Positions 38,240 through 49,270 of a stretch of 64,000 bases of DNA are shown piece by piece. The translations under genes were made by a program, and so were the position numbers. The DNA is from an uncultured Candidatus Saccharibacteria bacterium (GTDB lineage: Bacteria; Patescibacteriota; Minisyncoccia; Phycocordibacterales; EsbW-18): the NCBI GenBank assembly GCA_964447415.1, contig CAYUSN010000001.1, positions 185,727 to 249,726 of the forward strand, in the 5' to 3' direction. How positions within the stretch are numbered: the first letter of the stretch is position 1; every line of letters begins with the position of its first letter. Below the pieces are notes generated by a model. That model made no database searches. It saw only the letters and a list, made by a program, of their open reading frames with translations, and was not told the DNA's origin.

Positions 38240-39303
38240 CAAAACTCATCTTGTACATCGATCCGAAACTGAAAGATTTGGCGCTTCGCGCGTCTCCGCT
38301 CGTGTATCCTCTCTGGGAGAGACGCGCGTACGATACTGTATCGTTCGGAGGCGCATTCACCCGGCATCCGTTTGACGTTGCACATTATCAAAGCACGGGC
38401 GATCCTGATGCCTGCGACGTGCATTTCTGGCCGTTCAACTACTGGGCGACGCTAAAGAGCGGACACAAAGAAAAAGTAGATGCGGCGTATGCATTTGCCC
38501 GCACGCACGGAAAAAAACTTCTCATTGATGCGTTTGGTGACACGATGGATACGGTTCCATATGAAGACGCTACTGTACTTCGATTTGCGCAGTATCGCCG
38601 TTATCTGAAAGAAAACGACATCATTATTCCGGCATACATCGAGGATTTACTCGAGACATATCGCGAAGGAAGTCTTTCAATACGGAAAAAAAACAAGAAG
38701 CCGTCCGTCGGGTTTGCAGGGTGGGGCCGTCTGCCGTTTTGGAAACATGTGCGCTCGTATATTAAGGAGGCGCCGGTTTTCCTTTGGTCGTTTATTTTCC
38801 GTCGGGACGGCGTGTTTCGCAAAGGAGTGTTTCTCCGCGCGCAGGCGCTTTCAGTACTTTCCCGTTCTTCGCGCGTTGAGACAAATTTTCTTATCCGAAA
38901 ATCATATTCAGGAAACGTGCGAACAGCCGAAAAAAGTACCGAGGAGCTGCGGCGCGAATTTGTGGACAACATAGACCATACCGACTGCACACTCTGCCAG
39001 AAAGGGGACGCCAATCAGTCTACCCGCGTGTTTGAGGTGTTCTCAATGGGGAGGATTCCGTTGATTATCGACACCGAATGCGTATTTCCTCTTGAGAATA
39101 AGATTTCATACAAAGATTTTTGCATATTCGTCAACAATACCGATATTCAAAAAACGGCAGACATCCTTGCCGATACATACGCGCACATAACGGAAGAGCA
39201 GTTTGAGTATATGCAGAGAAAAGCCCGCGAAACGTATGAGAAGTATCTCCGTATCGATTCCTTCACCCCGTTCCTTATGGAGGAAATACGAAGACGGCTC
39301 TAG
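38236..39303 (+). CDS. Hypothetical protein, possibly exostosin-like/GT-associated
   Basis: 355-aa ORF inside the glycan locus; C-terminal FEVFSMGRIPLIID reminiscent of exostosin-type GT; weak. Confidence 0.4.
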   Translation: MTKLILYIDPKLKDLALRASPLVYPLWERRAYDTVSFGGAFTRHPFDVAHYQSTGDPDACDVHFWPFNYWATLKSGHKEKVDAAYAFARTHGKKLLIDAFGDTMDTVPYEDATVLRFAQYRRYLKENDIIIPAYIEDLLETYREGSLSIRKKNKKPSVGFAGWGRLPFWKHVRSYIKEAPVFLWSFIFRRDGVFRKGVFLRAQALSVLSRSSRVETNFLIRKSYSGNVRTAEKSTEELRREFVDNIDHTDCTLCQKGDANQSTRVFEVFSMGRIPLIIDTECVFPLENKISYKDFCIFVNNTDIQKTADILADTYAHITEEQFEYMQRKARETYEKYLRIDSFTPFLMEEIRRRL

Positions 39304-39431
39304 TCCAGCACCTAGTTTGCCGACACCTTTTGTTGTGTTTGTTTCTGCTTAAAAACAAACTACCAGAAACGGTGTCTCTGGAACTTTTGCCAGTTACATA
39401 GTGTAGAAACCTCGGCAAACTAAGTGCTGGA
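39304..39431. promoter_or_regulatory. Palindromic element D: 20-bp arms (tccagcacctagtttgccga / tcggcaaactaagtgctgga, 1 mismatch) flanking ~88 nt; ends 22 nt before next ATG
   Basis: Read directly; GTGCTGG recurs once more at ~39446 just before the ATG. Confidence 0.5.
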
Positions 39432-39453
39432 TGAAATGCTATGATGTGCTGGT

Positions 39454-40263
39454 ATGAAAGAAATTTCAGGGGATAGGCCGCTCTCTCGGGTTCAAAAACT
39501 GCGCTATTTGGCTGTTAACTTCGTACGGAATCTGTGTGGCATACGTTTTCCCGGAAAAACTGTTTTTCGGTACTTCACCGTTGGTTCCAAGGCCCCCGAA
39601 AGTCCTGCGCGGGAATACCTTGATGCGTTCATGCGAGAGATGATGCCGTCTGTTCTTCCAACCGGCACAATTTCAGTGTGTGACATCGGATGCGGAACCG
39701 CGTACATGCGCTCAATTCTTTCTGGTGCGGGATATGCGGGAGAATATGTCGGGATTGATATTGTTCGTGAGCCGAAACTCGATGAGAAGTCTGTCCCGTC
39801 ATTTTCAATGACGTTTGTGCAAAACGATATATGTACGTACCGGTCACCGCGCCGGTTTGATCTTGTGCTTTCAAACACATCACTCGAACATATCCCCGAT
39901 GATTTTGCCGCTGTACAGAAGGCTTATGAGTTGTGCGCGGAAAACGGTGTAGAGGTGCATATTGTGCCGAGTCACTGGGCGCTGCCGCTGTATTTGTGGC
40001 ACGGGTACCGGCAATATACGCCGGCGCGTCTGAGGCGGATGTTTTCAGGGACACCACACACCATATATCGGCTCGGCGGTTTTGTGTCATGGTGTGTACA
40101 TTTCTTTTGTATTACCGTACCGGAACGGATATTCGGGGTATCTTCGTTCCGAAGGGGGGCGCTTTACCCAAAAGTAAAGAGGTGGGCAAACAAAGCAGAT
40201 CGTTTTTTGCCATTTTGGTCAGTACTATATGCTGTCGTCGTGTTTCATGGAAATCGCACCTAA
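39454..40263 (+). CDS. Class I SAM-dependent methyltransferase
   Basis: VCDIGCGTAYM motif I. Confidence 0.7.
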   Translation: MKEISGDRPLSRVQKLRYLAVNFVRNLCGIRFPGKTVFRYFTVGSKAPESPAREYLDAFMREMMPSVLPTGTISVCDIGCGTAYMRSILSGAGYAGEYVGIDIVREPKLDEKSVPSFSMTFVQNDICTYRSPRRFDLVLSNTSLEHIPDDFAAVQKAYELCAENGVEVHIVPSHWALPLYLWHGYRQYTPARLRRMFSGTPHTIYRLGGFVSWCVHFFCITVPERIFGVSSFRRGALYPKVKRWANKADRFLPFWSVLYAVVVFHGNRT

Positions 40264-40276
40264 AAAAACACACGTG

Positions 40277-41386
40277 ATGTTTGTGCTGCCGAGTCTGCTT
40301 CCCGGCGGTATTGAGAAGCACACGCTGAAATTACTCAGACACTTTAATCGAGAAAAACTTTCTTTTTCACTCGTCACACTTTTTGACCGACCGAACAGAC
40401 CTGATTTGTTTGGTGAGGTGCCGGGTGATGTGGTGGTTTACCGTCTCGCATTTGGAACGGGAATAGATATTTCAGGGTGGGGGAAGCTGTACACGCTCTT
40501 AAAAAAAGAGAGACCGGATATCGTGGTGTCGAGTATGTTCTCCGCCAATACAATTGCTCGACTGCTTAAACCGCTTCTCGGATATCACGTGGTTACACGT
40601 GAACACAATATATACGGCGAAAAAAACATCTTCCAGCGGTTTATTGACATGACGCTTTCACCGCTATCGGACGTTATCGTCGCAGTTTCTTCGTCCGTTG
40701 CAGACTTTTTTTCCAAACAAGCATGGGTAAATCGTAAAAAAATCACCGTGATTCATAACGGGGTGGATATTGAGGCAATTAACGCATTTCTTCAGGAGAA
40801 AGGAGAGAGTGAGATACAGCGTGTGCGTCAGGAACTTGGACTGGAAGCAGAGGAAAAAATAATTCTGAACGTCGCACGTCTGAAGCCGCAAAAAAATCAT
40901 GAGCTGCTTATCGCAGCATTCCAACTGTTTGTGAAAGAAAACCCTTCATATCATCTTGTGATACTTGGTGATGGGGCAGAAAAAGGTCGTCTGCTGCAGC
41001 TGATAGCGGACCGCGGACTGAAAGATGTTGTTCATCTGCTCGGATACCGCGACGACGTGTTCTCGTGGTATGTGGCATCTGATTTTTTTGTGTTGACGTC
41101 AAAACATGAAGGGTTTCCGAATGTGGGGGTGGAGGCGATGGCATTCGGTGTGCCGCTTGTCTCAACGAGCGTACCCGGGGTAGATGAGTTTTTGGATAGC
41201 GGTAAGAACGGACAGCTCGTAAAAGATCAGCCCAAGGAAGTGCTTGCGGGCATGGTGAGCCTCTCCAGTTTGTCGTCTGAAGAGAAACAACAGCATCGCG
41301 ACGCGTGTCGCACGACCGCTATGAGATTCGATATCCGACGTATTACAGAAGAATATGAAAATATTTTTGAACAGATTTCTGAATAG
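40277..41386 (+). CDS. Glycosyltransferase family 4 (start uncertain, 40247 or 40277)
   Basis: EGFPNVGVEAMAFGVPLVSTSVPG motif. Confidence 0.75.
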   Translation: MFVLPSLLPGGIEKHTLKLLRHFNREKLSFSLVTLFDRPNRPDLFGEVPGDVVVYRLAFGTGIDISGWGKLYTLLKKERPDIVVSSMFSANTIARLLKPLLGYHVVTREHNIYGEKNIFQRFIDMTLSPLSDVIVAVSSSVADFFSKQAWVNRKKITVIHNGVDIEAINAFLQEKGESEIQRVRQELGLEAEEKIILNVARLKPQKNHELLIAAFQLFVKENPSYHLVILGDGAEKGRLLQLIADRGLKDVVHLLGYRDDVFSWYVASDFFVLTSKHEGFPNVGVEAMAFGVPLVSTSVPGVDEFLDSGKNGQLVKDQPKEVLAGMVSLSSLSSEEKQQHRDACRTTAMRFDIRRITEEYENIFEQISE

Positions 41387-42161
41387 GTTGCGTGAAAGCC
41401 TCATGCTTGCCTCGCTTGGTGATGGGTGGTTGTATCGCGGAGTTTTGTTTTTAAAACTTTTTTTTAGATTCGGGTTTCATCCTATTTCGATGCATCTCCG
41501 TGCGAACGGTGTTTCATTCTTACTTTCTGTTCGTTCCCACGAAGAGCTGATGCTCTTGTACGAAATTTTCTGCCGTCGAATATACGACTTTTCCCTCGCG
41601 TCTGATGCGGAGTATGTGGTCGACTGCGGGGCAAACTGCGGCATATCCTCACTGTTTCTGTACACGTTGTATCCGAGCGCGCGTATTCTTGCCGTAGAAC
41701 CGAACCCCGCGCTTTTCCCGCGTCTCCAAGAAACGGTCCGGCCGTACAAAAACATACTACCCGTACAGTGTGCGGTCGGCGCCGTCGACGGAGAGGCTTC
41801 CTTCTTCGTCTCTCCGCATGCGACCACCGCGTCATCTCTTTTACAGCGTTCCTCCGAGGACAAAGAGTACAGAGTTCCGGTTAAAACACTTAAGACAATC
41901 CTAACTGAGCACGGATTTCCCCGTGTGGATGTGCTTAAGTTTGATATCGAGGGCGCTGAGGAACACCTGTTTACCGACTCTAATACGAAAGATAAGATAC
42001 GGTTTTGTGTGGGTGAGGTGCACGAAGATCTTATGGGTGTATCTTTACAAGAATTTTTGTCTACAGTGCAATCGGGTTTTAGTGTGTCTTTAGTGCCGAC
42101 AAAAAAACAAAAACGGTTTATTATGTCAGCACATACTATCGCAGAAAAAAGTAATCCATGA
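41355..42161 (+). CDS. FkbM-family methyltransferase
   Basis: VVDCGANCGISSLF motif characteristic of FkbM MTases; start may be internal (~41403). Confidence 0.65.
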   Translation: MKIFLNRFLNRLRESLMLASLGDGWLYRGVLFLKLFFRFGFHPISMHLRANGVSFLLSVRSHEELMLLYEIFCRRIYDFSLASDAEYVVDCGANCGISSLFLYTLYPSARILAVEPNPALFPRLQETVRPYKNILPVQCAVGAVDGEASFFVSPHATTASSLLQRSSEDKEYRVPVKTLKTILTEHGFPRVDVLKFDIEGAEEHLFTDSNTKDKIRFCVGEVHEDLMGVSLQEFLSTVQSGFSVSLVPTKKQKRFIMSAHTIAEKSNP

Positions 42162-43054
42162 TTTCCGTAGTAATCGCAACATATAATCGAGCGCACACGA
42201 TAGCGCGATCACTTGAAAGCGTGCTGCGACAGACGCATCGCGACATCGAAGTATTGGTGATAGATGACGGCTCAATGGATGGAACTGATGAGGTAATAAG
42301 AAAAATTACTGACTCGCGCGTGCGATGTGTTAAATTGGAAAAAAATCAGGGGGCTTCTGTGGCACGCAACCGCGGGATTAAGGAGGCGAATGGGGACTAT
42401 ATTCTCATATGGGACAGCGATGATGTGCTGTACCCTAATGCATTGGAAAAAATTCTGGACGTTTTTAAAAAACACCCTGAATATTCCGTCGTGTCTGCTC
42501 CTGCACATGTGATGTCTGACGGCAGGGAGGTAAAATATCCGGAATTTTCTCAAGGGGAGGTTGTACTCGCTGATATTTTGCTCAAAAGACTTCCGAGCAA
42601 CGAGAAGATTCGTATCGCGAAAACATCCGTGATGAAACAGGTATCATACAAAGCCCGCAACATCGATTTTTTGGTAAACGTGGAACTAATTGAACAGGGC
42701 AGATGGTTCCATTTTCAGGAATATCTCGGAGAGGTATATAACGACTCAAAAAAAGGCTCGCTTACATCGCTTCGAAAAAAAAGAAGCGCACAGCGTTCCG
42801 TTGAACGCGCACCGTACCTTGCGCACTTTCTGGAAAAACACGGTGAATATCTCAAAAAAATAAGCCCGACACGATATGCCGACCACTGTTATGGTGCGGC
42901 GACGGGGTTTTTACTGATCGGTGACACATCGCGCGCGCGTCGGTATGCAAGAGACGCAGCAAAAAATCACCCGGTGTATATCTCATACTGGCTTCTATAC
43001 ACTCTGGCGTATCTGCCGGGTGGCTGGGTGGTCCTAAGGCTTTTTTACCGGTGA
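42158..43054 (+). CDS. Glycosyltransferase family 2
   Basis: ISVVIATYNR...VLVIDDGSMDGT...DSDD motifs. Confidence 0.85.
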   Translation: MISVVIATYNRAHTIARSLESVLRQTHRDIEVLVIDDGSMDGTDEVIRKITDSRVRCVKLEKNQGASVARNRGIKEANGDYILIWDSDDVLYPNALEKILDVFKKHPEYSVVSAPAHVMSDGREVKYPEFSQGEVVLADILLKRLPSNEKIRIAKTSVMKQVSYKARNIDFLVNVELIEQGRWFHFQEYLGEVYNDSKKGSLTSLRKKRSAQRSVERAPYLAHFLEKHGEYLKKISPTRYADHCYGAATGFLLIGDTSRARRYARDAAKNHPVYISYWLLYTLAYLPGGWVVLRLFYR

Positions 43055-43086
43055 CAGGTCGAAGGGTGGTCAGAAGGATTATGCGA

Positions 43087-44358
43087 CTAAACAATATCTC
43101 TGATGTGTCTGTATGCTAAAAATTTGAACATACTCACAATAGTAATCATACGAAACACCTCCATTCCCAGAATTGCATACAGTGCACCGAGAATTCCATA
43201 CAGCGGAAGTAAAATAAAAAGAAGGACAATTTTTACCAAAGGAACAACTGTTTGGAGGACATACAAAGATCGCTGTTTCATCTGTCCGACGAGAAATTGC
43301 TGAAAAAGCGTTGCGGGGAAAAATAATATGACCAGTGAAAATATCTGCGAGTACCTGACAGCTTCCATATAGTCGGGAAAAAAGAGTTTAAAAAAAAGTG
43401 GTGCGACAAGTATATAAAAAATAACAATTACAATCGATACGAGAAACACCAGAAAAGCTTTGCGCGGTATTGATCTGTATAGATCAGATGTATTGGTACC
43501 GCTGAATTTCGGCAATGCCATCTGTGCGAGTAGCTTACTACCGAACCGAAGTTGTTGGGGAACGGCAAGTGCGATGACGTATAATGCCATTTGAAGAGCG
43601 CCGAGATAGTGGAATACCAACAGGCGGTCCATTTGGGTGGAGATCATCCCCAAAACATTCATGAGACTCAGATGTTTTCCGTACGAAAGCGTTTGGGCAC
43701 TGTGGGATTCTTGGGGTTTGAATTTTTTAATGACACCTATATATAAAAACATCGTGACGACAACACTTGTTCCAAAGAAAGCCAGTACCAAAAAAGGTGT
43801 TATCTCAGTGAGGAGTGCGGTAACACCTACGGCGAACATTGGTGCAATCGTTGCGATGATACCGTATTGTGTCTCGCGTCGGAAATCTTTTTTTCCAATC
43901 AAAAACGAGCTATAGAACCCTCCGCCTGAAAAGGGAAGAACAGCGCCAATAATAAAAAGGGACCAACCGAGCATCACATTGCCGTTTAAAAAGTAATAGA
44001 TGGAGATTCCCCATGCGACAATGGTCATAAGTACGCCCCACCGCATGAATGTCTTAAACCCGCCGATGAGTGCTCCTTCATTGCCTCGGGCGACTGCTTG
44101 TATGACAGCCGTTCCCATACCGGTGAGAGAGAATGCAGTTACAATACCCGCGAGTGATTGGACGAACTTGTACGTACCGAACGCTTCTTTTGAGATAACA
44201 TTAGCGAGTATAAGTGTCAGCAGAAAACCCGACCCCGCGCTGACCATGCGGCCGATGGTAATCCAAAAACCGCCTTTGGCGAGGTATACCATGTCAGTGC
44301 GGGTGTATTTTTCGCTCCACCGCAACGCATTTAACACCACCTCTTTTAGTGGATTCAT
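43087..44358 (-). CDS. Polysaccharide biosynthesis protein / oligosaccharide flippase (Wzx, MOP superfamily)
   Basis: ~12 predicted TM helices, 423 aa, typical Wzx length and hydrophobicity pattern. Confidence 0.75.
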   Translation of the reverse strand: MNPLKEVVLNALRWSEKYTRTDMVYLAKGGFWITIGRMVSAGSGFLLTLILANVISKEAFGTYKFVQSLAGIVTAFSLTGMGTAVIQAVARGNEGALIGGFKTFMRWGVLMTIVAWGISIYYFLNGNVMLGWSLFIIGAVLPFSGGGFYSSFLIGKKDFRRETQYGIIATIAPMFAVGVTALLTEITPFLVLAFFGTSVVVTMFLYIGVIKKFKPQESHSAQTLSYGKHLSLMNVLGMISTQMDRLLVFHYLGALQMALYVIALAVPQQLRFGSKLLAQMALPKFSGTNTSDLYRSIPRKAFLVFLVSIVIVIFYILVAPLFFKLFFPDYMEAVRYSQIFSLVILFFPATLFQQFLVGQMKQRSLYVLQTVVPLVKIVLLFILLPLYGILGALYAILGMEVFRMITIVSMFKFLAYRHIRDIV

Positions 44359-44461
44359 ATGAGTCGTAGTGTAACGTACACTGTTCCTTTTGTCCCTATT
44401 TCCAGTTCTTCTTGTGTGCTACCATCTCATTTGAAAATAAAGATAAAACGGTTGGATTTTT

Positions 44462-45193
44462 TTGGTGCCTATGGAAAAAATATTTGATAGCAAGTACGGT
44501 AGATTTACATTTGATGTAAACACCAACATAAGAATGGCGCGTATTTTTGAAAAGACCGGTTTTTTTTATTCTGAAAATATCGACATAATGTTGAAACACG
44601 TCTCTTCCGACAGTGTTGTCTTCGATATAGGGGCACATGTGGGCACAACTGTTGTTCCTTTAGCCAAGGCCTCACGTAAGGTACATGCTTTTGAGCCGGT
44701 TCCGGAAAACAGGAAGTATCTCTATAAAAATATAGAGCAAAACAAAATAACCAATGTTGAGGTTCACGAATGTGCACTGGGGGCAAAAGAGGGAACGGTG
44801 ACCATGGTAACTCCCGAACCTACAAACACCGGCGCGTTCGAAATTAAGGAGGGGGGCACTGTGCCACTTAAAACATTGGATAGTCTTAATTTGGGTTATG
44901 TGGACTTTATTAAGATTGATGTAGAGGGGCACGAACCCGAAGTATTCGAAGGGGCAAAAAACACAATTGAACAGTACAAGCCCCTCATTTTTTTTGAGTT
45001 TTTTTTGCCGGGTCTGAGGAAAAACTACAAACACCCACTTACAAAAATTCGCAACGCCCTCAAAGGTTACAAATTTTATGTTAAAGGACACAGGTTCCTT
45101 TACTTATGGATGATTGTTTTTTGGTACGAACCAAGGCTGTTTTTAACCAACCGTGGGGGAATCGTACTTGACGTGCTCGCTGTCCCTCGTTGA
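44462..45193 (+). CDS. FkbM-family methyltransferase
   Basis: VFDIGAHVGTTVVPLAK motif. Confidence 0.7.
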   Translation: MVPMEKIFDSKYGRFTFDVNTNIRMARIFEKTGFFYSENIDIMLKHVSSDSVVFDIGAHVGTTVVPLAKASRKVHAFEPVPENRKYLYKNIEQNKITNVEVHECALGAKEGTVTMVTPEPTNTGAFEIKEGGTVPLKTLDSLNLGYVDFIKIDVEGHEPEVFEGAKNTIEQYKPLIFFEFFLPGLRKNYKHPLTKIRNALKGYKFYVKGHRFLYLWMIVFWYEPRLFLTNRGGIVLDVLAVPR

Positions 45194-45254
45194 AAAGTGT
45201 GAATAGCATCATTCCAAGAATATTTCTCGCCAAGGGTTTCCAACTGGGCATATA

Positions 45255-45983
45255 ATGTATTGTATGAATCCGAAAGAATTTTTTATTGCACATATTGCGC
45301 AGGAACTGGGGGTGGGGCAGGCGACGCGAATCGTGGATTTAGGCAGCGGACAGTCACGCAACTTCCTACCGCTTCTAAAACGATTCCCGAAACTCTTATA
45401 TGTCGGCGTGGAACCGCGAAAGGAAGATGCCGATGCCGCACAGGCGCTTCTTTCGCATTTTCCTAATGCGCGTATCTATAACCAACTTGCGTATGAACCG
45501 CTTCCTGATGAGGCGCCGTTTGATATCTGTGTATCCCTTAGCGTACTTGAACACGTGAAGCACCTTGAGTGGTTTTTAAAAAACAGCGTCCGGCTGACAA
45601 AAAACGGCGGACATATCATTCATCGCTACGATCTCGGTCACGCGCTTTCTCCGTCATCACTGAAGGAACGTCTGCAGGTTTTTTTGGGAAATAACCTTCC
45701 GTTTCTTTTGTCTGAGAAAAAATACGTGTGTTATCTTGACCCTGAAAAAGTCGGACACATTCTTGAACGAGAAGGGGCACACGTGACGCATACAACGTAT
45801 CACCAGATGCCAAATCATAAACGTTTCCTCCAAACGTTCGTTGCCGACTCGGAAGAAAAGAAGGCACTTACCGAGAGAATTCTTCAATGGGAACTTGATG
45901 TGTCACCCCACCTCTCGGGCATGTCTAAAACTGAGCGTGAGGCGCTGTTTCCTGCCATCGCGCTATGGGCGCAGAAGCGGTAA
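45255..45983 (+). CDS. Class I SAM-dependent methyltransferase
   Basis: IVDLGSGQS motif I, LSVLEHV. Confidence 0.7.
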   Translation: MYCMNPKEFFIAHIAQELGVGQATRIVDLGSGQSRNFLPLLKRFPKLLYVGVEPRKEDADAAQALLSHFPNARIYNQLAYEPLPDEAPFDICVSLSVLEHVKHLEWFLKNSVRLTKNGGHIIHRYDLGHALSPSSLKERLQVFLGNNLPFLLSEKKYVCYLDPEKVGHILEREGAHVTHTTYHQMPNHKRFLQTFVADSEEKKALTERILQWELDVSPHLSGMSKTEREALFPAIALWAQKR

Positions 45984-46155
45984 CCCTATTTTCGGCGGAG
46001 TCTCTACCTGTGGTATAGTGTTTTCCGTATGCATCCCGTTAGAGATTACTCACGTATGTTCGTGTCTAATATTCAAAAAATGTCGACATATTGTTCGTGT
46101 GCACACGAGGGTGTGATAACGATGGAAACGCACCGCGTTTCTTATCTCTAACGGG

Positions 46156-48411
46156 ATGAAAAAAACACTTGAACGGGGAATCCTTTTTCTTCTGTTTTTG
46201 ATTCCGTTTGTTCCGTTTGTTGTTGCGCGGTCAATGTATTTCCCGTTTATCACGGGAAAGGCGTTCGCGTTCCGTGTTTTGGTCGGTATCGCACTTGCGC
46301 TCTGGCTTGCGCTTATGGTGTATGACCGGTCGTATGTTCCGAAGAAAAGCCCGGTGTTCTGGTCGGTGCTGCTGTTTTTCGGTGTGGTGGCTCTTGCGGA
46401 TATTTTCGGGGTAAATTTTGAGCGAAGTCTGTGGAGTAATTTTGAGCGCATGGAAGGACTCGTAACGTTTCTATATCTCTGTGCGTTTTTCCTGATGAGC
46501 TCTACGGTGTTAACAAAGACAAATAAGTGGCCGGCATTTTGGAATACGTCAATTGTTGCATCCGTCGGACTCGCATTCTTCGCACTTTTTCAGGTGATGG
46601 GATTTATCGGGATTTCTCAGGGCGGTGCGCGTGTGGATGCAACGCTTGGTAACTCCATCTATCTGGCGGTGTACATGCTCTTTCATATCTTCCTGACGCT
46701 CTGGTTGTTGTATGAAAAGCGCACATCACGTTCGCTCTCGATTTTTTACGCCGTGGCGGTGGTGCTGCAGACAGCGGCGTTGTACTACACCGGAACCCGC
46801 GGCGCGATGCTCGGACTTCTCGGGGGCCTGGGACTCTCAGCACTTCTCGTTGTGTGGCGTGGAAAAGAACACCCGCGGTTGAGAAAAATATCTCTTGGCG
46901 CGATGGTCGCTATTGTACTCGTGGTCGGTTTGTTTGCTTCCATCAAAAATACGCAGTTTGTGCAGGGAAGCGAAATGCTACGGCGTTTTACGAACATTTC
47001 ATTTACTGATGGAACAGTACAATCGCGCCTTGTGTTGTGGAGCGGTGTGGCGCTTCCCGGTTTTTACGAGCGGCCGATTCTCGGATGGGGGCAGGATAAC
47101 TTTATCGTGGTGTTCGGCAAACATTATGATGCGCGCATGTACAAACAGGAACCGTGGTTTGACCGTGCTCACAACGTGTTCTTCGACTGGCTCATTTCCG
47201 CCGGTATTCTCGGACTGCTGTCGTATCTCTCGCTGTTCGGAGTTGCACTTTTTGTGCTTTGGAAAAAATCAGCACATCTCTCTGTTCCTGAACGAAGCTT
47301 AGGTACGGGACTGCTTGCCGGTTACTTTGTGCACAACATTTTTGTGTTCGATAACCTTATCAGCTACATTTTTTTCCTTCTGTTTCTCGGATTTGTCGCA
47401 TCCGCATATGCACGGGAAGAAGGTGGTGCGGAACACAAGGAGACAAAAACAAGGGGTGCAGAGAGCCTTATCTCTGACCCGACACTTCGCAGAACGGCAG
47501 CTATCGGAACTTCTGTTATTGCGCTCGTTGCAATGTATGCAACTACCGTTCCGCACATTCAAGCGTCACAAAACATCATCAAAAGCATCACAGGACTGCA
47601 GGCGGGTGATTTTACGGGACCGCTTGAGCGTTTTGAAGATGCAATAGACGATCCGGTGGCGGACGAAGAGGCGCGGTTTCAGCTAAGCCGCGTTGCCTTT
47701 ACCGTCGCTGCGGCAACGAACCCAGCCGTGACGGAAGAGATAAAACAACAATACCTCCAAAAAACCTTTGAAGAACTCAAAAAAAGCGTCGCGGAAGACC
47801 CGACAAGTACCCGCCCGAAATATTTCCTTGCAACGTTTCACGCGCGCACGGGTAATTTTCCGGAAGCCATCCGCTTGTTCGGGGAACTACTTTCGGTGAA
47901 CCCTGACCGTCAGATATTTTTGAGCGAATACGGTCTTCTTCTTGAGCTGGTCGGTGATACACAGAAGTCAGAAGAAGTGCTGAAACACTTTCTTGAGATT
48001 TCTCCGGAAAGCGATGAGGCGGCAACACGGTACTCCGCGGTATTGTTTGCACATGGAAAAACAGCCGAGGCAAACGGCGTTCTCACGGAGTATACGGGGG
48101 AGATTCTCGGCGATCGCCCGATAGCACTCTCTGCATACCCGCGTCCTGCAAAATTTGAAGATGCGTTGAAAATCACAAGCTTTGAAGTCATGCGCCTCCA
48201 GCTTCGACGCGAGAATGTCGGGTTCGGCGAATACCTGGTGCGTATTCGTGACCTGGCAAACGGTGGAAATAAGACAGAGGCTTTGATTTTGACGGACGAT
48301 GCGGCTGCGTTCTATCCGGAATATACAGATAAAACCGATGCGTTAAAAACAGCGATTCGTGCAGGTAAAGAGATTGCAATTGAAGATCCGTCTTCCGCTC
48401 CGGCAAACTAA
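46156..48411 (+). CDS. O-antigen ligase/polymerase-like (Wzy_C) membrane domain fused to C-terminal TPR repeats
   Basis: N-terminal ~450 aa polytopic membrane domain with the Wzy_C-type large loop; C-terminal TPR-like helical repeats. Confidence 0.7.
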   Translation: MKKTLERGILFLLFLIPFVPFVVARSMYFPFITGKAFAFRVLVGIALALWLALMVYDRSYVPKKSPVFWSVLLFFGVVALADIFGVNFERSLWSNFERMEGLVTFLYLCAFFLMSSTVLTKTNKWPAFWNTSIVASVGLAFFALFQVMGFIGISQGGARVDATLGNSIYLAVYMLFHIFLTLWLLYEKRTSRSLSIFYAVAVVLQTAALYYTGTRGAMLGLLGGLGLSALLVVWRGKEHPRLRKISLGAMVAIVLVVGLFASIKNTQFVQGSEMLRRFTNISFTDGTVQSRLVLWSGVALPGFYERPILGWGQDNFIVVFGKHYDARMYKQEPWFDRAHNVFFDWLISAGILGLLSYLSLFGVALFVLWKKSAHLSVPERSLGTGLLAGYFVHNIFVFDNLISYIFFLLFLGFVASAYAREEGGAEHKETKTRGAESLISDPTLRRTAAIGTSVIALVAMYATTVPHIQASQNIIKSITGLQAGDFTGPLERFEDAIDDPVADEEARFQLSRVAFTVAAATNPAVTEEIKQQYLQKTFEELKKSVAEDPTSTRPKYFLATFHARTGNFPEAIRLFGELLSVNPDRQIFLSEYGLLLELVGDTQKSEEVLKHFLEISPESDEAATRYSAVLFAHGKTAEANGVLTEYTGEILGDRPIALSAYPRPAKFEDALKITSFEVMRLQLRRENVGFGEYLVRIRDLANGGNKTEALILTDDAAAFYPEYTDKTDALKTAIRAGKEIAIEDPSSAPAN

Positions 48412-48668
48412 ACAGAAAGTGACGTTTCACGGTGTTGCTTTTAAAAACATTTCGTGATATACTGCTCGGCGTGAGTGCAGAAGCATGTTAAGCTTCTTCA
48501 CAGATGTTCTACAAAAGCTCCGCGCTCTGCGCGGGGTTTTTGTATTTTCAACGCTTAATTCACACACGCTTTTGTTGCCGATTACTGTTCGTATATACTG
48601 TGTGTACACAAATATTAGTAACTTTTTACCCGCGCTTCTGTACGGGTATATCTTTAATCTCAATTACT

Positions 48669-49148
48669 ATGCGAAAACCAACAGGACTTTCAATTTTACT
48701 CGGCATTATTCTCGGCGGTCTGTTCGGCGGACTTGTCTGGTACACGTACCGCTCAACGCTTGATACGGACGCGGCGCTTCTGGGCAGCAATACCTATGTC
48801 GCAACATTTCTCGACACAAACCAGGTGTTCTTCGGAAGGGTAACCTCGCTCGGATATGACTACGTGGTGCTCAAAGACGTGTACTATCTCCAGCAAACCG
48901 ATGCGGCAGGTCAGCAGGGATTTGTGCTCCAGAAAAGCGGTTCTGAATTACACGGTCCGCGTGATGAAATGCACATTAACCGGGACCATATCCTGCTTAT
49001 CCAGCCTCTCCGGGCCGATTCTCAGGTAATCGCGACCATAAAACAGTACGAGGAGAACCTTAAGAATGCGGATGCAACGCAACAGGAACAGCAGGCGCAG
49101 CCGACTGCTCCTGAGGTGCCCGAGGTAATGGAAGAAGTAACGGAATAA
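48669..49148 (+). CDS. Membrane-anchored hypothetical protein
   Basis: Start moved to MRKPTG (TM helix LSILLGIILGGLFGGLVWY); within ORF 48504..49148. Confidence 0.4.
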   Translation: MRKPTGLSILLGIILGGLFGGLVWYTYRSTLDTDAALLGSNTYVATFLDTNQVFFGRVTSLGYDYVVLKDVYYLQQTDAAGQQGFVLQKSGSELHGPRDEMHINRDHILLIQPLRADSQVIATIKQYEENLKNADATQQEQQAQPTAPEVPEVMEEVTE

Positions 49149-49270
49149 CGGCAAAAACTTTTGTGCGACGACCCCCATAAATGTATAATGGGGGTCGTTT
49201 CTTTTTGTACACGGCCGGCGGCTGCACTCACATAGAACATCACTTGGAGCTTCGCACCCGCCGGTCATGT

